Assembly: GCA_003345595.1 (NCBI GenBank) | Contig: PRDI01000046.1 | Coordinates: forward strand, 1-16,565 | DNA from: Candidatus Thorarchaeota archaeon | Lineage (GTDB): Archaea > Asgardarchaeota > Thorarchaeia > Thorarchaeales > Thorarchaeaceae | Reading direction: 5' to 3' | DNA: 16,565 nucleotides | In this document: positions 15,308 through 16,565 of the stretch, in pieces | How the letters are laid out: the number at the start of each line of letters is the position of its first letter | Numbering within the stretch: position 1 is the stretch's first letter | Translations under genes and position numbers: made by a program | Notes under the pieces: generated by a model | The model's database searches: none | The model's input: the letters and a program-made list of their open reading frames with translations, nothing else | Told to the model about the DNA's origin: nothing

Positions 15308-16565
15308 CTACTGAAGATAGTCAGCAAGATTCAGTTCGTCTGGTTCAACGTACCAGAAGTCACCCTCAATATTCCAATGTCGTACTAGGTCTAGCATCGC
15401 CCGGGAGCCCTTTTGGGCGAGAGTCATAATAGGCAGCACACTTTCTACGCCCCGCCTTCGCTCAAGAGACCTGAAGAACTGATAGTACTCCACCTGATGC
15501 TGGCTTGGAACTTGAATCCAGACAACGACTCCTCGAGGGGAGAGATAGGACATCGCAGCAGGCATATGTGGCATTAGTGAAACCAACCGTCGTTTCCACA
15601 ATGGGCTGCATACTATCTCGAAGCAGAAGTTGGTCGAGAGACCCAGACCTCCAAAGACGACATCCGGCTCCAGAATGCCATGCTCAATCATCTTTCGAGT
15701 AGAGTATGCCACTTGCTTGGCATCAATGTCCCAGCCCTTTATGCGAAGACTCTGACTGATAGCAGCCGGAACAGCGCGGATGTCAGATCTCAACTCGGAG
15801 GCGACTGCAAAGTCCTTTCGCTGAAAACCACGCATCCTTCCTCGGCAAGGCAAGATGTGTAATCCCACATAAGCGTTCTCAGTCGACTCCAAGTCATCGG
15901 GGCGACTGAGAATCTCAGGAAGAACCCAGTCCCCGCCCTCAAACAGTGAGAGGTTGATATCAGCACTGGCACCCTCTTGGACATGCATACTGGTATAGTC
16001 GAAAATGCTGCCAGTGAGCTTCTTCGTGCTAGACTCGAGGACGGATATCTCCTTGTCGCTTCCTGGAAACATGAATGAAGCGTAGCCCATGTCACTCATC
16101 TCGGTCTTCAGGAGGGCCTTGGTGAAGGGGAACTCTGCGAACTGTGTTTCAACCTCGCCCCACTCCGTGCCCTCTGCGAGTCTGAAGAACAGTATGACTG
16201 ACTGGACTCCAAAAGCAGAGTTGTCGGAGAGACAGCTGAATCGTACTGTTTGGTCTTTCTTCAACCGTGCTATGGACTTCACGACTGTCTTCGGGGCAAT
16301 GCCAAGAGACTCAGCGATTTTGTTTACGGGAGCTAACGGGGACCTGACAAGGTGCGAGAGCACCATGAAGTCCTTTTCATTCATAGGGGCCTCCTCAACA
16401 AGGAAGGCAAAGCTGTATGCGGACTTGATTGAGTCCGGTGTGTGTAGGTTGTATTTCCTCAGAGTTCTCAAGTTCTCAACAATCTTCGTTTTGAAGTGCT
16501 CATTCACCGGAACCAATGTTGGATCACAGGGGGATTTCGCAAACTCTGGATTCTCCTTCAGACGT
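15308..16565 (-). CDS. Tandem winged-helix Lrp/AsnC-like regulator, 5' end outside the window
   Basis: The frame stays open from 16516 to the window edge (RLKENPEFAKSPCDPT...). Two HTH-like units (NEKDFMVL...PVNKIAESLGIAPKTVVKSIARL and QRKDFAVA...AKQVAYSTRKM), each followed by an alpha/beta RAM-like segment. Confidence 0.7.
   Translation of the reverse strand, partial: RLKENPEFAKSPCDPTLVPVNEHFKTKIVENLRTLRKYNLHTPDSIKSAYSFAFLVEEAPMNEKDFMVLSHLVRSPLAPVNKIAESLGIAPKTVVKSIARLKKDQTVRFSCLSDNSAFGVQSVILFFRLAEGTEWGEVETQFAEFPFTKALLKTEMSDMGYASFMFPGSDKEISVLESSTKKLTGSIFDYTSMHVQEGASADINLSLFEGGDWVLPEILSRPDDLESTENAYVGLHILPCRGRMRGFQRKDFAVASELRSDIRAVPAAISQSLRIKGWDIDAKQVAYSTRKMIEHGILEPDVVFGGLGLSTNFCFEIVCSPLWKRRLVSLMPHMPAAMSYLSPRGVVVWIQVPSQHQVEYYQFFRSLERRRGVESVLPIMTLAQKGSRAMLDLVRHWNIEGDFWYVEPDELNLADYLQ

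Noticed and set aside
1-16565. CRISPR array, tRNA genes, integrase or att sites
   Set aside because: No regularly spaced repeats, cloverleaf structures or recombinase genes were seen by eye.

Overview
Archaeal chromosomal segment, most consistent with an Asgard (Thorarchaeia-like) genome. That taxonomy is an inference from gene content and rRNA signatures, not a database result. The left 2.7 kb is the 5' ~88% of a stand-alone 23S rRNA gene on the minus strand, with no 16S upstream. It is preceded by a ~600-nt hairpin-rich non-coding region containing a TATA box. Next come a bacterial-type RNase PH gene co-oriented with the rRNA and a divergent pair: a pol-beta nucleotidyltransferase with two HEPN-like helical modules, and a 230-aa protein resembling the WED/REC half of TnpB without RuvC. 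A long minus-strand run follows, in transcription order: AfpA flavoprotein, MIG T/G glycosylase, uridine phosphorylase, GNAT, two coupled amino-methyltransferases with no endonuclease, geranylgeranyl reductase, M28 peptidase and WD40 propeller. The window ends with an F420-dependent Mer-like LLM oxidoreductase and a truncated tandem Lrp/AsnC-like regulator. The most notable items are the RuvC-less TnpB derivative next to RNA-end enzymes, substitutions at near-invariant peptidyl-transferase-centre nucleotides (E. coli 2055, 2062, 2448, 2497, 2504), the structured rRNA leader, and the orphan alpha+beta MTase pair.
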